Notes: a model not told the origin generated them from the letters alone. A stretch of DNA of 64,000 bases from Chthoniobacterales bacterium (GCA_036525185.1 DATDAW010000041.1:1175-65174); one strand, 5' to 3'. Counted from the first letter of the stretch, positions 15,426 through 24,800 are shown. Translations and numbers: made by a program.

Positions 15426-17015
15426 ATGAGCCACGATCCATCCCAGCCAACTATCTTCGCATCATCCCCCCAGAGCCTTTCGTCACGGCCTCCGGTGCTG
15501 GAGGCGCGGGGATTGATCAAGAAATTCCCTGGAGTCATCGCTCTACGAGGCGTTGGTTTTTCACTGAGGCCGGGAGAAATTCACGCGCTGTGTGGCGAAA
15601 ATGGCGCGGGGAAATCCACCCTTATCAAACTGCTATCCGGCATCCATCCGCATGGCAGCTATGAGGGCGAGTTGCGGGTGGACGGTGAGCCGGTGGCTTT
15701 CCGGTCCATCCGCGACGCCGAAGCCGCAGGCATCGGTGTCATCACGCAAGAGTTTGCGCTCGTGGACGACTTGAGTGTCGCGGAGAATATCTTTCTGGGT
15801 CGTCCGCCGGTCCGGCGGGGCTGCATTGATTGGACGACCATGCAGAAGCGGGCTGTGGAATTGCTTGCACAATTCGATTTGGCAGTGCCTCCCGACGCTC
15901 CGGTCCGATCGCTGGGTGTCGGCCAGAAGCAGCTCGTGGAAATCGCACGCGCCATGGATAAAAAATCGCGCGTCCTCATCCTCGACGAACCAACCGCGGC
16001 ACTCACGGAGAAAGAGGTTGATGTCCTGCTAAAGCTGCTCCAGCGTCTTCGGGCCGAGGGAACAACTTGCGTCTATATTTCGCATAAACTGGGAGAAGTG
16101 TTCGCGATTGCCGATCGCATCACGGTCCTCCGCGATGGCTCCAGCATCGTGACGCTCGACGCGAAAGACACGTCTATTCCGCAAGTCATCAAATACATGG
16201 TCGGCCGTGAGCTGGGGGACCTTTTCCCTCGGAAGCCGCCGCTTGCGCCCGGTGAAGTCCTGCTTTCGGTGCAAGACCTCACAGTCGCCCGGAACGCATC
16301 GGAAAAGAACTTTCTGAAGAACATTTCCTTCGACCTTCGCGAGGGCGAAGTCCTGGGCATCGGCGGCCTAATGGGAGCCGGACGCACGGAGTTACTCACC
16401 CACATCTACGGCGCCTGGGGAGTCCGAAAGTCGGGTCACGTTTTTTTTAAACAGAATCCGTTGTCCCTCCACACACCATCGAAAACTCTTCGGAGCGGTC
16501 TGGCGTTGGCCACGGAGGATCGCCGTCGTTACGGGCTCAATCTCAGCATGGCCGTTGGTTTTAATCTCTCGCTCTCCAGCCTTCATGACATGACCCGATT
16601 CGGAAAGATCAATTTTTCCTCGGAATACGTCCGTAACCAGCAGTTTTTCGACCAGTTGCGGGTCAAGGCGCCCGGCCAGCACAGTGTCGTCGGGGGGCTT
16701 TCCGGCGGCAACCAGCAGAAGGTAGTCCTCGGGAAAGTGCTCATGACAGGCCCATCCGTCATCATGCTTGACGAACCGACGCGCGGTATTGACGTCGGCG
16801 CGAAGCTGGAGATTTACGAATTGATCAACCGCCTCACCGCCGAAGGCAAAGGCATCCTGCTCGTTTCCAGTGAATTGCCGGAGCTCATGGGAATGAGCGA
16901 CCGGATCATCATGCTGCACGAAGGCCAGATCGGCGGGGAATTCGTGCGCGGAGAATTCTCCCAGGAAAAATTACTCGCCGCTGCGGTCGGTCAAACCGCT
17001 GCCGTTAACAACTAA
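15426..17015 (+). CDS. xylG: sugar (xylose) ABC transporter ATP-binding protein, duplicated ABC domains
   Basis: Two Walker A/ABC-signature units (GENGAGKST; LSGGNQQK). Confidence 0.85.
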   Translation: MSHDPSQPTIFASSPQSLSSRPPVLEARGLIKKFPGVIALRGVGFSLRPGEIHALCGENGAGKSTLIKLLSGIHPHGSYEGELRVDGEPVAFRSIRDAEAAGIGVITQEFALVDDLSVAENIFLGRPPVRRGCIDWTTMQKRAVELLAQFDLAVPPDAPVRSLGVGQKQLVEIARAMDKKSRVLILDEPTAALTEKEVDVLLKLLQRLRAEGTTCVYISHKLGEVFAIADRITVLRDGSSIVTLDAKDTSIPQVIKYMVGRELGDLFPRKPPLAPGEVLLSVQDLTVARNASEKNFLKNISFDLREGEVLGIGGLMGAGRTELLTHIYGAWGVRKSGHVFFKQNPLSLHTPSKTLRSGLALATEDRRRYGLNLSMAVGFNLSLSSLHDMTRFGKINFSSEYVRNQQFFDQLRVKAPGQHSVVGGLSGGNQQKVVLGKVLMTGPSVIMLDEPTRGIDVGAKLEIYELINRLTAEGKGILLVSSELPELMGMSDRIIMLHEGQIGGEFVRGEFSQEKLLAAAVGQTAAVNN

Positions 17016-17021
17016 CTCCCC

Positions 17022-18215
17022 GTGCCGAAATTTCGTCCTATCCTCCCTTCTCTAATGAATCGTTCGCTCCTTCAAAAAATTGCCATGCCCACGGCATTGC
17101 TGCTCGTGTGGCTGTTCTTCTCATTCATGCTCGATCGCGACGCCCTACTCGGCCGCGAAGGCGCGCGCTTTTTGTTCATCGGCTCGCGCAATCTGACCCA
17201 ACTCTTCATAGAGTATTCCATCGTCGCCACGCTGGCGCTGGGGATGTTTCTCATAATTCTTACCGGTCACATCGATTTATCGGTGGGCAGCGGCGTGGGA
17301 TTGATCGGAGGCATCGCAGCCGTGCTCATCTTCAAAGAAGGCTGGCCCGCTCCTTTTGCGCTCCTTGGGGCAGGGGGCAGCGCGCTTGTGCTCTGGACGT
17401 TGATCGGCGTGTTTGTGGTTAAGCAACACATGCCATCGTTTATCATCACCCTGGGCGGTTTACTGATTTTTAAGGGCCTGTTTTGGCTGGTCATCCAGAA
17501 TTCCACGATTCCTATTTCGCGCGGCGGCGAGGACAACCTGTATTCACTGCTCACCACCTACTCGCTCCCGCCCCAGGCTGGATTGATTTTGGCCCTGGGT
17601 CTCACCGCTGTGATTGCTTGGTTGCAATTCAGCGACCGCCGCGAGCGGATTTCGCATGGCCTGCCACCAGGCAGCGGAGCCGCAATGGCAGGCCGGATCG
17701 CGATCGCCGCGATCGCGATTTTCGGTGTTGTGCTCATCTGCAACAGCTTCCGCGGTGTGCCTGTCTCGCTCTTGATCCTCACTGCCGTTGCCGGCGCCGT
17801 GTATTTCATCACCGTCCACACGCCATACGGGCGCAACCTTTACGCCATCGGCGGCAATGAAGAGGCAGCGGTCATTTCCGGCATTCAGGTGGATCGCGTT
17901 CTGATTGGTGCATTCGTTCTCATGGGCGTGGCCGTCGCGATTACCGGTTTTATGATGACGGCCTATTCCGGGGCCTCGACGACGACCGTGGGTGACCTCA
18001 TGGAACTGGACGCCATTGCGGCATGCGTGATCGGCGGCACGTCGCTCAAGGGGGGGCGCGGCAGCGTTGTGGGCGTTCTGCTTGGAGCGTTCATCATGAC
18101 CAGCCTGCTCAACGGCATGACGCTCATGGCCGTGTCTCCAGAGCTGAAATTTATTGCTCGGGGGGCTGTGCTTGCACTCGCAGTATGGATGGATGTCAAA
18201 TTTTCCCGCGCCTGA
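17022..18215 (+). CDS. xylH: sugar (xylose) ABC transporter permease
   Basis: 397-aa polytopic membrane protein with a GTG start, 7 nt after xylG. It belongs to the branched-chain/monosaccharide permease family. Confidence 0.8.
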   Translation: MPKFRPILPSLMNRSLLQKIAMPTALLLVWLFFSFMLDRDALLGREGARFLFIGSRNLTQLFIEYSIVATLALGMFLIILTGHIDLSVGSGVGLIGGIAAVLIFKEGWPAPFALLGAGGSALVLWTLIGVFVVKQHMPSFIITLGGLLIFKGLFWLVIQNSTIPISRGGEDNLYSLLTTYSLPPQAGLILALGLTAVIAWLQFSDRRERISHGLPPGSGAAMAGRIAIAAIAIFGVVLICNSFRGVPVSLLILTAVAGAVYFITVHTPYGRNLYAIGGNEEAAVISGIQVDRVLIGAFVLMGVAVAITGFMMTAYSGASTTTVGDLMELDAIAACVIGGTSLKGGRGSVVGVLLGAFIMTSLLNGMTLMAVSPELKFIARGAVLALAVWMDVKFSRA

Positions 18216-18293
18216 TTTCCTGATCATCCCTATCTTTCTGGCGAATTTCCGACTCGTGCCAGCCAGCGACGGCGCGAGCGAAGATCGCGCCCC

Positions 18294-19193
18294 ATGAATC
18301 CTTCCGAGAGATTCTCTTATACAGCGTCAGACGTTGATGAGCTGCGCGATCCGTTTAAGGCGGCTTTACGTCGCGAACTGGCGGGCCTGACAGCCCGAAA
18401 AATCATCTTTACACCGGCGCTCACGATAGCGCAGGGAACCAGCTCGGCTTCTGTTTTTGCGTTGATCGATACGGGCTGGATATGGATGGCCGAGAATTCC
18501 GCAGGCGGAGTCGAAATCGCGAAGGCCGATTTTGCGCGAACAACACTGGTGGAATCCACGGTCGTGCTGCTTCTCGGGCGGCTGAAAATTGACTACGTCG
18601 ATGGCCGGGTCGTGAAATGCGTCGTGGTCGAGTTCAATACCGTCATGGCGAATTATTACGAAGACCTCGTAAACGAATTGCTCGCATCCATGGGCGGCAC
18701 GCCGGTCCGCGCGCCCAACCCACAGCCGCTGGATTTGACCCCACTGGCGCCACTCCCGCTGAAATTCAAAAACTCCGTCCTGCGCGTGCTTCCGCCCGGG
18801 GAGGGCATCGAAGCGCTTGCCTGGTGGCCGGCAGTTGTGCATCCGGACAGCGAATGGATCGAGCATGAGATCTCGGCTGAAACAGCGTTGATAGTCTGCG
18901 TGCGGGAATTGATCCTGCTCGCCGAGGAGACGCTCCTGCCCGGAGGAAACCTTTCGAAAGGCTTTCACATCGGGCTTTTTCACAAGTTCGGCAGCGTCGC
19001 TACACGCATCCCGCTGTCGCGTGTGGAGGACTGCCGGTTCGGGGCGAACGGGAAATTCGCGACCATGGAATTGCTCCTGCGCGCCGGGCAGACCGTGGAA
19101 ATCCTCACGCTCGCCTTCCCGCTGGACCGCAGACAAGCCATTCAAGATGTGATGCGCCACGGCCTGCGTTTAAAACGCGGAAAGAAGAAATAA
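18294..19193 (+). CDS. hypothetical protein, no recognisable family
   Basis: 299-aa ORF with ordinary composition, 78 nt downstream of xylH. I recognise no motif. The two halves each loosely resemble bacterial PH-like folds (very tentative). Confidence 0.45.
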   Translation: MNPSERFSYTASDVDELRDPFKAALRRELAGLTARKIIFTPALTIAQGTSSASVFALIDTGWIWMAENSAGGVEIAKADFARTTLVESTVVLLLGRLKIDYVDGRVVKCVVVEFNTVMANYYEDLVNELLASMGGTPVRAPNPQPLDLTPLAPLPLKFKNSVLRVLPPGEGIEALAWWPAVVHPDSEWIEHEISAETALIVCVRELILLAEETLLPGGNLSKGFHIGLFHKFGSVATRIPLSRVEDCRFGANGKFATMELLLRAGQTVEILTLAFPLDRRQAIQDVMRHGLRLKRGKKK

Positions 19194-19269
19194 ATTCTCC
19201 GCAGATACACAGATTTCCGCGGATGTATCAAAAAATCATCTGCGAAAATCTGCGTAATCTGCGGATGAA

Positions 19270-20235
19270 TTAGGCCTCGAAATCCACACGCTCGTCTCCG
19301 GCGAGTTTCTGCCGGTAAGCCTGCGGTGTCAGCCCTGTTGTTTTTCGGAAAAGACGCGAAAAATAACCCGCGTCGGAAAAGCCGCACGCCCAGGCAACTT
19401 CTGAAATGGACAGCGCTTTGACGGCCAGAGCCTCGCTCGCCCGAGCGATTCGCTGCTGATGAATGTATTGAATAAGCGACTCTCCAGCTTCTTCGCTGAA
19501 CACGTGCGAGAGGTAACCCGGCGAGCAGTGCATTAATTTTGCCAGGAACGCCACCGAAAGTTCGGGGTTGGCCAGATGATTGTGGACCAGCCATTTCACC
19601 TGGAACAGTTTGTCTGAATCCGCTCCGGTCTCTGGTGGGGGAGTTTCGAGCAGATTGATGAGGGCCCAAAACAATGCCACTGCAACAGCCTTCGCCCCGT
19701 CCATTCCATGGGTGTGGCCGTTTCGGCCCAGATCGATCGCCATTGTGGCGAGATCTACGAGTTTTCCCAAGTTCGCCGTGGGATACAGACCCATTTCCTC
19801 GGCGACAACCGCTTGTTGCGAGTCCGCTTTCGTAAAACAGATCGCTACAGCCGTGGAGTGAAAACTGACGCTTAATGTGCCAAATGTGTGCGGCTCCCGG
19901 CATGCCCGATGTCTGCAAGGCAATCCGGCGGGGACAATGATCGCGCTGCCGGCGGGTGCCTGGACAGACAAATCCGGAAACTGAAACTCCGAGGCGCCCG
20001 CCAGTTGCAAGTGAACCTCCGGCTTGAATTTGTATTCCATGCCCGCACTCACTCCTCCATGGCGTGAAGACTGTGGGACGATCAACCGCAAATGACGGCT
20101 GGCAGGCGGTGCTGCGTGAGCGATGAGGGTCCGCTGGAAGCGAGTGCGCAGTTCGTTGGAGGCAATCGGTGCGGAAACAATCGACTGGACGGGCAGGATG
20201 TGGAGGGACATTCGTTGACCAGGAGGGACGGCCAT
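19270..20235 (-). CDS. AraC-family transcriptional regulator (cupin-type sensor plus HTH)
   Basis: C-terminal AraC HTH: SVAFLAKLMHCSPGYLSHVFSEE...ISEVAWACGFSDAGYFSRLFRKTTGLTPQAYR. The start could instead be the internal ATG at 20211. Confidence 0.8.
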   Translation of the reverse strand: MAVPPGQRMSLHILPVQSIVSAPIASNELRTRFQRTLIAHAAPPASRHLRLIVPQSSRHGGVSAGMEYKFKPEVHLQLAGASEFQFPDLSVQAPAGSAIIVPAGLPCRHRACREPHTFGTLSVSFHSTAVAICFTKADSQQAVVAEEMGLYPTANLGKLVDLATMAIDLGRNGHTHGMDGAKAVAVALFWALINLLETPPPETGADSDKLFQVKWLVHNHLANPELSVAFLAKLMHCSPGYLSHVFSEEAGESLIQYIHQQRIARASEALAVKALSISEVAWACGFSDAGYFSRLFRKTTGLTPQAYRQKLAGDERVDFEA

Positions 20236-20383
20236 CTTTTCCCACGAATACGATCGAAAGTTAAGCGAAATCCGGCGCCACCGAAAAGAAGCCCTCGCCT
20301 GTGTCCCTGTAAAACATCGGTAACGTGTTTTCCATGTTGCTGTTTTGTGTCGTTATCCCTACGATCTCTCCGAAGTTAACACG

Positions 20384-20710
20384 ATGAGAGTCGCCTTGAT
20401 TCTCTCCCAAAGGCCCCCTTTATCGCCACCGAGGGGGCATCTGGAAAAAAGCGTTGCGCTATGAGCCGCTGACGCTCACGACCCTGGCGGCGCTGATTCC
20501 GGAGGAGATTCAAGCCGAAACGAGCTTTTTGATGAAGGAATCTGCGATGTCCCGCTTGACCTGGAAGCTGATTTGGTCGGGCTGACCGTTATAACGGGGA
20601 ACCGCGATGCGAGCCTACGAATTGGCTGATCACTTCCGCAGCCGCGGTATTACGGTTGTGCTCGGCGGGCCCCTTGCAGCCACTGCGCGCCGCCAGTTCT
20701 TCGCCAAAAC
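20384..20710 (+). pseudogene. fragment of a B12-binding-domain radical SAM gene (frameshifted, N-terminal part only)
   Basis: MRVALILSQ..., then ADLVGLTVITG and MRAYELADHFRSRGITVVLGGPLA in shifted frames. This is the typical N-terminal B12-binding domain layout, and no radical SAM core follows. Confidence 0.4.
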
Positions 20711-20839
20711 CACAAAGGGTTGGAAGCATGCGTACAGTTTTCGTTCCATTGCGGAACGCATCCGCCATTCGCCTGCTCACTGGCCGGTGAAACTCGGCAC
20801 GAATGGGCACGTATTAGTCCTTCTTTCGCCATGCCCGCT

Positions 20840-21130
20840 CCGGAGGAAGACTCCGGTGGGCTTCATTATGTTTTGTTCTGGGAGGGCCCATCCCAGGTCA
20901 ACTCGACCACTTGGCGGAGTTCGTTGACACGGCCCTCTGCAGGAACCCGCACTATGAGTACTGTCGTCGCCTGGGCCAATTGCAGTCACCGCACATTGTC
21001 CGGGTCACTGGTGGATACGAAAAATTCGTCACACGGCCTGTTATCTCATGGGGCGCGTCTGGGGGACATCAAACCGGCTCCTTTGTCCAATCGAACCGGA
21101 TGGACCCGCCATTTTTTTGTACCGGACACG
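20840..21130 (+). pseudogene. C-terminal fragment of a GH3 (auxin-responsive promoter) family gene
   Basis: GGLHYVLFWEG... then LAEFVDTALCRNPHYEYCRRLGQLQSPHIVRVTGGYEKF in a second frame. This resembles the C-terminus of bacterial GH3-domain proteins, and no N-terminal part is present. Confidence 0.4.
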
Positions 21131-21207
21131 GTGGCAAGGCCTTGAAGTCCAGCTTTTCGGGAACCAGAGGCTTGGAATTCGAAAGCAACGCCCGCATCAT
21201 CCGTCCC

Positions 21208-22236
21208 ATGCGTTGCTCAGCCGCCCTGTTTGCAGCCGTCGTTGTGTTCACTTGTTCCTTGGTGTCGGATGCAATTGGTCAGGACCACGGAACCATCACG
21301 GTTTATTTCGAGAACGATCTGTTTGCAGGCACGGACCGGTATTACACGAACGGGGTGCGGTTGAGTTTTACTTCGGAAAATTTTACAGCGATCAAGGACG
21401 CGCCCAATTTGCCATTTGCTCGGCCTATTCTCGGAGCGATCCCGTATTTCCAGAACGAAAATTTTCAGAAGGACATCGGGTTTTCGCTCGGGCAAAATAT
21501 GTACACGCCGGACGATACGGAGACCAGCGCGCGCATTCCTGACGATCGTCCCTATGCGGGTTGGCTCTATCTGGGGTTCTCGATCGACCGAAAAAATCAA
21601 TTCCAGCGTGATTCTTTCGGTGTGCAATTGGGCATCATTGGCTCCTATTCTTATGCGGAGGAAACGCAGCAGCTCATTCATGCAATACGCGGGTTTGATA
21701 TGCCGGCCGGCTGGGACAATCAGCTGAGCAATGAATTTGGTGTTCTGCTCACTTACCAGCGAACGTGGCGCTGGCCGCATCTGAAATCGCGACGGGGTCC
21801 AGGGTTTGAGATTTTGCCGCACGTAGGAGCTGCCGCTGGCAATGTGGCAATTTACGCGAGTGCAGGTACGGAGATGCGCCTGGGCTTGAATCTGCCGGAC
21901 GACTTCGGCACTGGCACCCTTCAAACGGCCACGATTACCGAAGCGCCGTTGAGCGGAGAAGCCGCGGCCCCACGGGCGCGATTCGACGTGGGTCTGTATG
22001 TCTTTGGCCGCGTCGAAGGCCGTCTGGTTGGACACAATATCTTCCTCGACGGCAACACGTTCCAGGACAGCCAATCGGTTAATCACAAGCCTCTGGTCGG
22101 CGACCTGAGTGTCGGCGCCGCCGTGAATTTCAAAAACACCAAACTTGCGTATGCCTTTGTTTATCGGACAGAGGAATTTTCCGGCCAGGCCAGTGGTCAG
22201 CTCTTCGGCTCGCTCACCCTGTCCATCGCCTATTGA
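21208..22236 (+). CDS. lipid A deacylase LpxR-family outer-membrane protein (DUF2219)
   Basis: Inside ORF 20911..22236. The ATG at 21208 gives a signal peptide (MRCSAALFAAVVVFTCSLVSDAIG), then TVYFENDLFAGTDRYYTNGVRLSF. Confidence 0.7.
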   Translation: MRCSAALFAAVVVFTCSLVSDAIGQDHGTITVYFENDLFAGTDRYYTNGVRLSFTSENFTAIKDAPNLPFARPILGAIPYFQNENFQKDIGFSLGQNMYTPDDTETSARIPDDRPYAGWLYLGFSIDRKNQFQRDSFGVQLGIIGSYSYAEETQQLIHAIRGFDMPAGWDNQLSNEFGVLLTYQRTWRWPHLKSRRGPGFEILPHVGAAAGNVAIYASAGTEMRLGLNLPDDFGTGTLQTATITEAPLSGEAAAPRARFDVGLYVFGRVEGRLVGHNIFLDGNTFQDSQSVNHKPLVGDLSVGAAVNFKNTKLAYAFVYRTEEFSGQASGQLFGSLTLSIAY

Positions 22237-22238
22237 GG

Positions 22239-22270
22239 GACGTTGGTAGGGCGGTTTCGATGAAACCGCC
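22239..22270. repeat. 32-nt hairpin repeat, left copy
   Basis: GACGTTGGTAGGGCGGTTTCGATGAAACCGCC is identical (32/32) to 24801..24832. It contains a perfect 9-bp stem GGCGGTTTC/GAAACCGCC with a 3-nt loop. Confidence 0.85.
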
Positions 22271-22369
22271 CGTGCGCCGAGCTCCCCATCCCGCGCTTCT
22301 GGAATCTGGTTTGCCCAGCCGCCCGCGTACCCTGCATGGGTTGCTTTCGCATACGCGTTTGCATCCCTA

Positions 22370-22468
22370 ATGTTCGAACAAGCCTTCAAAAACATCGATG
22401 ACGTCCTCTGGAAGGAAGCCGGCTGCACCTCCGAGCTCGACGCGGAACAGACGTCCTGGCTCCTTTTT
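22370..22468 (+). pseudogene. hsdM: type I R-M methylase (HsdM) N-terminal fragment
   Basis: MFEQAFKNIDDVLWKEAGCTSELDAEQTSWLLF matches the HsdM N-terminal domain. The sequence then diverges and stops. Confidence 0.55.
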
Positions 22469-22539
22469 CGTGATTGGCCGGCGAGGAGGTGGGGCGATGC
22501 GCACTTGTGACGAAAGCTTGAGGAAGGTTGGCTCTGTGG

Positions 22540-22854
22540 AACCGGATCATTTTTCATACGCCTTTCGGATGCCGCGGGTGGGGAATTCTTCGTTTCTCTG
22601 TTTGGTTCCGAACAATTCAAAGCCCGGCTTGAAGCAAGCGCAGTTGGAACCACGATGAGCAGTCTTAACCATGGTATCCTCAATGATTGATTCTTCCTGT
22701 GCCGCCACTGGCCGAGCAACGCCGAATCATGAGCAAGTGTCCCGCACTCCAAGCTGAAACCCAACGCCTTGCCACCCGTTACCAGCGCAAGGTCGCGGCG
22801 CTGGACGAGTTGAAGAAGGCGCTGCTGCACCGGGCCTTCACGGGCCAGCTTTGA
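22540..22854 (+). pseudogene. hsdS: type I R-M specificity subunit (HsdS) C-terminal fragment, frameshifted
   Basis: ...GEFFVSLFGSEQFKARLEASAVGTTMSSLNHGILND, then in a shifted frame LPVPPLAEQRRI...LDELKKALLHRAFTGQL-stop. This is the conserved HsdS C-terminus. Confidence 0.55.
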
Positions 22855-22955
22855 AGCACAGGGCTGCTCCCTGCCTCGCAAAGACGCCCGATGCTCCGGC
22901 GCGCAATTGGGGCACGTGGTTGACAAAATGTGAATAACCGGTTTTTTTGTAACCC

Positions 22956-24056
22956 ATGAATCCCGAGGAAACCAAGCAGCGCTTCGGCGAACGCCTGCGC
23001 CGCGCACGGCGGATGCGTGGACTTACCTTGCGGGATGTGGCGGCACAACTCACCGAAGCCGGGCATCCGCTTTCCCACGCAGCCCTCCAGAAATACGAGA
23101 AGGCTTTGATGGGGCCGGACTCCACTGTGGTGCTCGCTCTTGGCAAAATTCTCGGTCTCGACGCCGGCTATTTTTTTCGGTCCAAGGCGGTAACGCTCGA
23201 GAAGATCGAATTTCGCAAGCTGACGAAGTTTCCCGAACGCGAAGTGGCCCGGGTGCGGGAGGAAGCGGCGGATTTTTTCGAGCAATACCTGCAGATCGAA
23301 GAAATCCTCGAAATCACCAATCCGCCGTTGCCGCGCTTTGATCTGAGCGATTTTCCTCCAGATGCGGAAAACGACCTGGCAGAAGCGGTGGAACGTTTTG
23401 CCGGGGAAATTCGCAAGGCGTGGAAGCTCGGCGAAGACGCGCTGACGAATGTCCACGAACTTTTCGAGGAGCACGGCGTAAAAGTGAAAGAAGTGGACGC
23501 GGACCACAGCGTTAACGGCTTTTCCGGCTGGGCCGACGAGCGGACGCCGATCGTGGTGTTGGCCCGCTGGTTGAACGAAGATCTGCCCCGCAAACGGCTG
23601 ACCAGCCTGCACGAGCTCGGGCACCTGGTGTTGCGTCTGCCCGAGAAGCTGACGCACAAGCAGAAAGAAAGTCTGTGTTTCCGCTTCGCCGGCGCGTTGC
23701 TTCTCCCCGCCGCGGCGTTGCGGGCGCGTGTGGGCGATAAGCGCCCGGATGGCATCAGCTTTCGGGAACGGATCGGGATCAAGGAAGACTGGGGCATTTC
23801 CATCGCTGCGCTGATGCGGCGGGCGGCCGATCTCGGAATTATCACGGCGGCTCAATTGAAGAGCTATCACGTCGTGACGGCCAAAAACCGCAAGACTGAG
23901 CCTGGACAATGGGAAGGCTCGGAGAAAGCGGATCGTTATGCGCAACTGGTCCATCGTGCGGCTTCGCAGGAATTGATTACACGAGCAAAAGCGGCGGAGT
24001 TTCTTGGTGTGACATTGCGGGAATTCGATCATCTCTTCGCAGCGGAAGCGGCCTGA
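22956..24056 (+). CDS. XRE-family HTH fused to an ImmA/IrrE (M78, DUF955) zinc metallopeptidase
   Basis: N-terminal HTH (FGERLRRARRMRGLTLRDVAAQL...LQKYEKA) and a central HExxH (LHELGHLVL). The 366-aa ORF is intact. Confidence 0.75.
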   Translation: MNPEETKQRFGERLRRARRMRGLTLRDVAAQLTEAGHPLSHAALQKYEKALMGPDSTVVLALGKILGLDAGYFFRSKAVTLEKIEFRKLTKFPEREVARVREEAADFFEQYLQIEEILEITNPPLPRFDLSDFPPDAENDLAEAVERFAGEIRKAWKLGEDALTNVHELFEEHGVKVKEVDADHSVNGFSGWADERTPIVVLARWLNEDLPRKRLTSLHELGHLVLRLPEKLTHKQKESLCFRFAGALLLPAAALRARVGDKRPDGISFRERIGIKEDWGISIAALMRRAADLGIITAAQLKSYHVVTAKNRKTEPGQWEGSEKADRYAQLVHRAASQELITRAKAAEFLGVTLREFDHLFAAEAA

Positions 24057-24067
24057 ACCAGAGTCGT

Positions 24068-24694
24068 ATGAAGGTCGCTGTGCAGGATGCCAATGTCTTG
24101 ATCGACCTGGAACTTGCAGGACTATTCGAGGCTTGGTTTCAGACCGGTATCGAGGCGCACACGACGAGCTTCATCCGCGCGGAATTGGAGAAAGGGGGCC
24201 ATCGACTCGCGCTCTCGTATTTCACCAGCGGGCAGGTGCGGGAACATGGGCTGACCTTTGAGGAATTGGCTGCGGTTTCCCTGCTCGAACAGGAGGTGGC
24301 CAGCAAGGCGAAGTTCAATGATTGCTCGGTCCTCTTTCTCGCGATGAAACTGGGCGCCATGCTGATCTCCGGTGATCTGGCGTTGAGGAAGGCCGGTCAG
24401 CAGCGGCGCGTGGAAGTTCGCGGGACGTTATGGATTTTTGATGAATTGGTGGCGCGAAAGGTCATTAGCAGTGGCGTCGCGGCGGCAAGACTGGAATACC
24501 TGCGATCGCAGGACCGTTATTTCCCCGAAGCCGAATGCCAGACCTGGCTCAAGAAATGGCGGGTGAGAGCGGAATACATCGATCCGGCGCTCAAGGCGGC
24601 TGGCTGGGGGGTGGTGGAGGCAGCCGCATTTTGCGCGAATACCCGATCACTCTCGGGCGGATCGAAGGGGCTGGCAGGCGCGGCACTGCGCTGA
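24068..24694 (+). CDS. PIN-domain protein (predicted RNase), 3' end fused in frame to an hsdR remnant
   Basis: The ATG lies 11 nt after the ImmA stop. MKVAVQDANVLIDLE..., ...AMLISGDLALRKA..., GTLWIFDELV supply the acidic PIN residues. The last ~45 codons (RVRAEYIDPALKAAGWGVV...) are HsdR N-terminal sequence. Confidence 0.65.
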   Translation: MKVAVQDANVLIDLELAGLFEAWFQTGIEAHTTSFIRAELEKGGHRLALSYFTSGQVREHGLTFEELAAVSLLEQEVASKAKFNDCSVLFLAMKLGAMLISGDLALRKAGQQRRVEVRGTLWIFDELVARKVISSGVAAARLEYLRSQDRYFPEAECQTWLKKWRVRAEYIDPALKAAGWGVVEAAAFCANTRSLSGGSKGLAGAALR

Positions 24695-24722
24695 CGGCGG
24701 ATTGCGTGCTTGTCTATCGCAA
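24556..24722 (+). pseudogene. hsdR: type I restriction enzyme R subunit (HsdR) N-terminal fragment, frameshifted
   Basis: RAEYIDPALKAAGWGVVE, then in a shifted frame SRILREYPITLGRIEGAGRRGTALTADCVLVYRN. This is the HSDR_N-type pattern, and nothing of the helicase/nuclease body follows. Confidence 0.55.
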
Positions 24723-24800
24723 CCCGGTGTTTTTTATTCAGGCGTTTTCGGCAGGGTATCGGAAAGACCAGGACGTTTTATCGAAACGTCCTTACCGGAA

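Noticed and set aside
14577-15434. 285-aa antisense ORF, and similar long shadows elsewhere (17544-18227, 40380-41045, 41520-42302, 45334-46290, 47844-48599, 54070-54963, 55584-56303, 58475-59467)
   Set aside because: Each lies opposite to, or out of frame with, a gene that has strong family motifs. None shows a motif, and they are expected by chance in GC-rich sequence.
19142-20245. 367-aa minus-strand ORF overlapping the AraC gene in another frame
   Set aside because: The 321-aa frame carries the AraC HTH. This frame is low-complexity (R/S/G/P-rich).
21217-23007. 596-aa ORF on the minus strand, one of the longest in the track
   Set aside because: It runs antisense to the well-supported LpxR gene and across the R-M remnants. 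It is Arg/Pro/Gly/Ser-rich with no motif. This is a typical shadow ORF in GC-rich DNA.
22779-24032. 417-aa minus-strand ORF
   Set aside because: It is antisense to the XRE-ImmA gene, which has clear HTH and HExxH motifs. It has no recognisable domain of its own.
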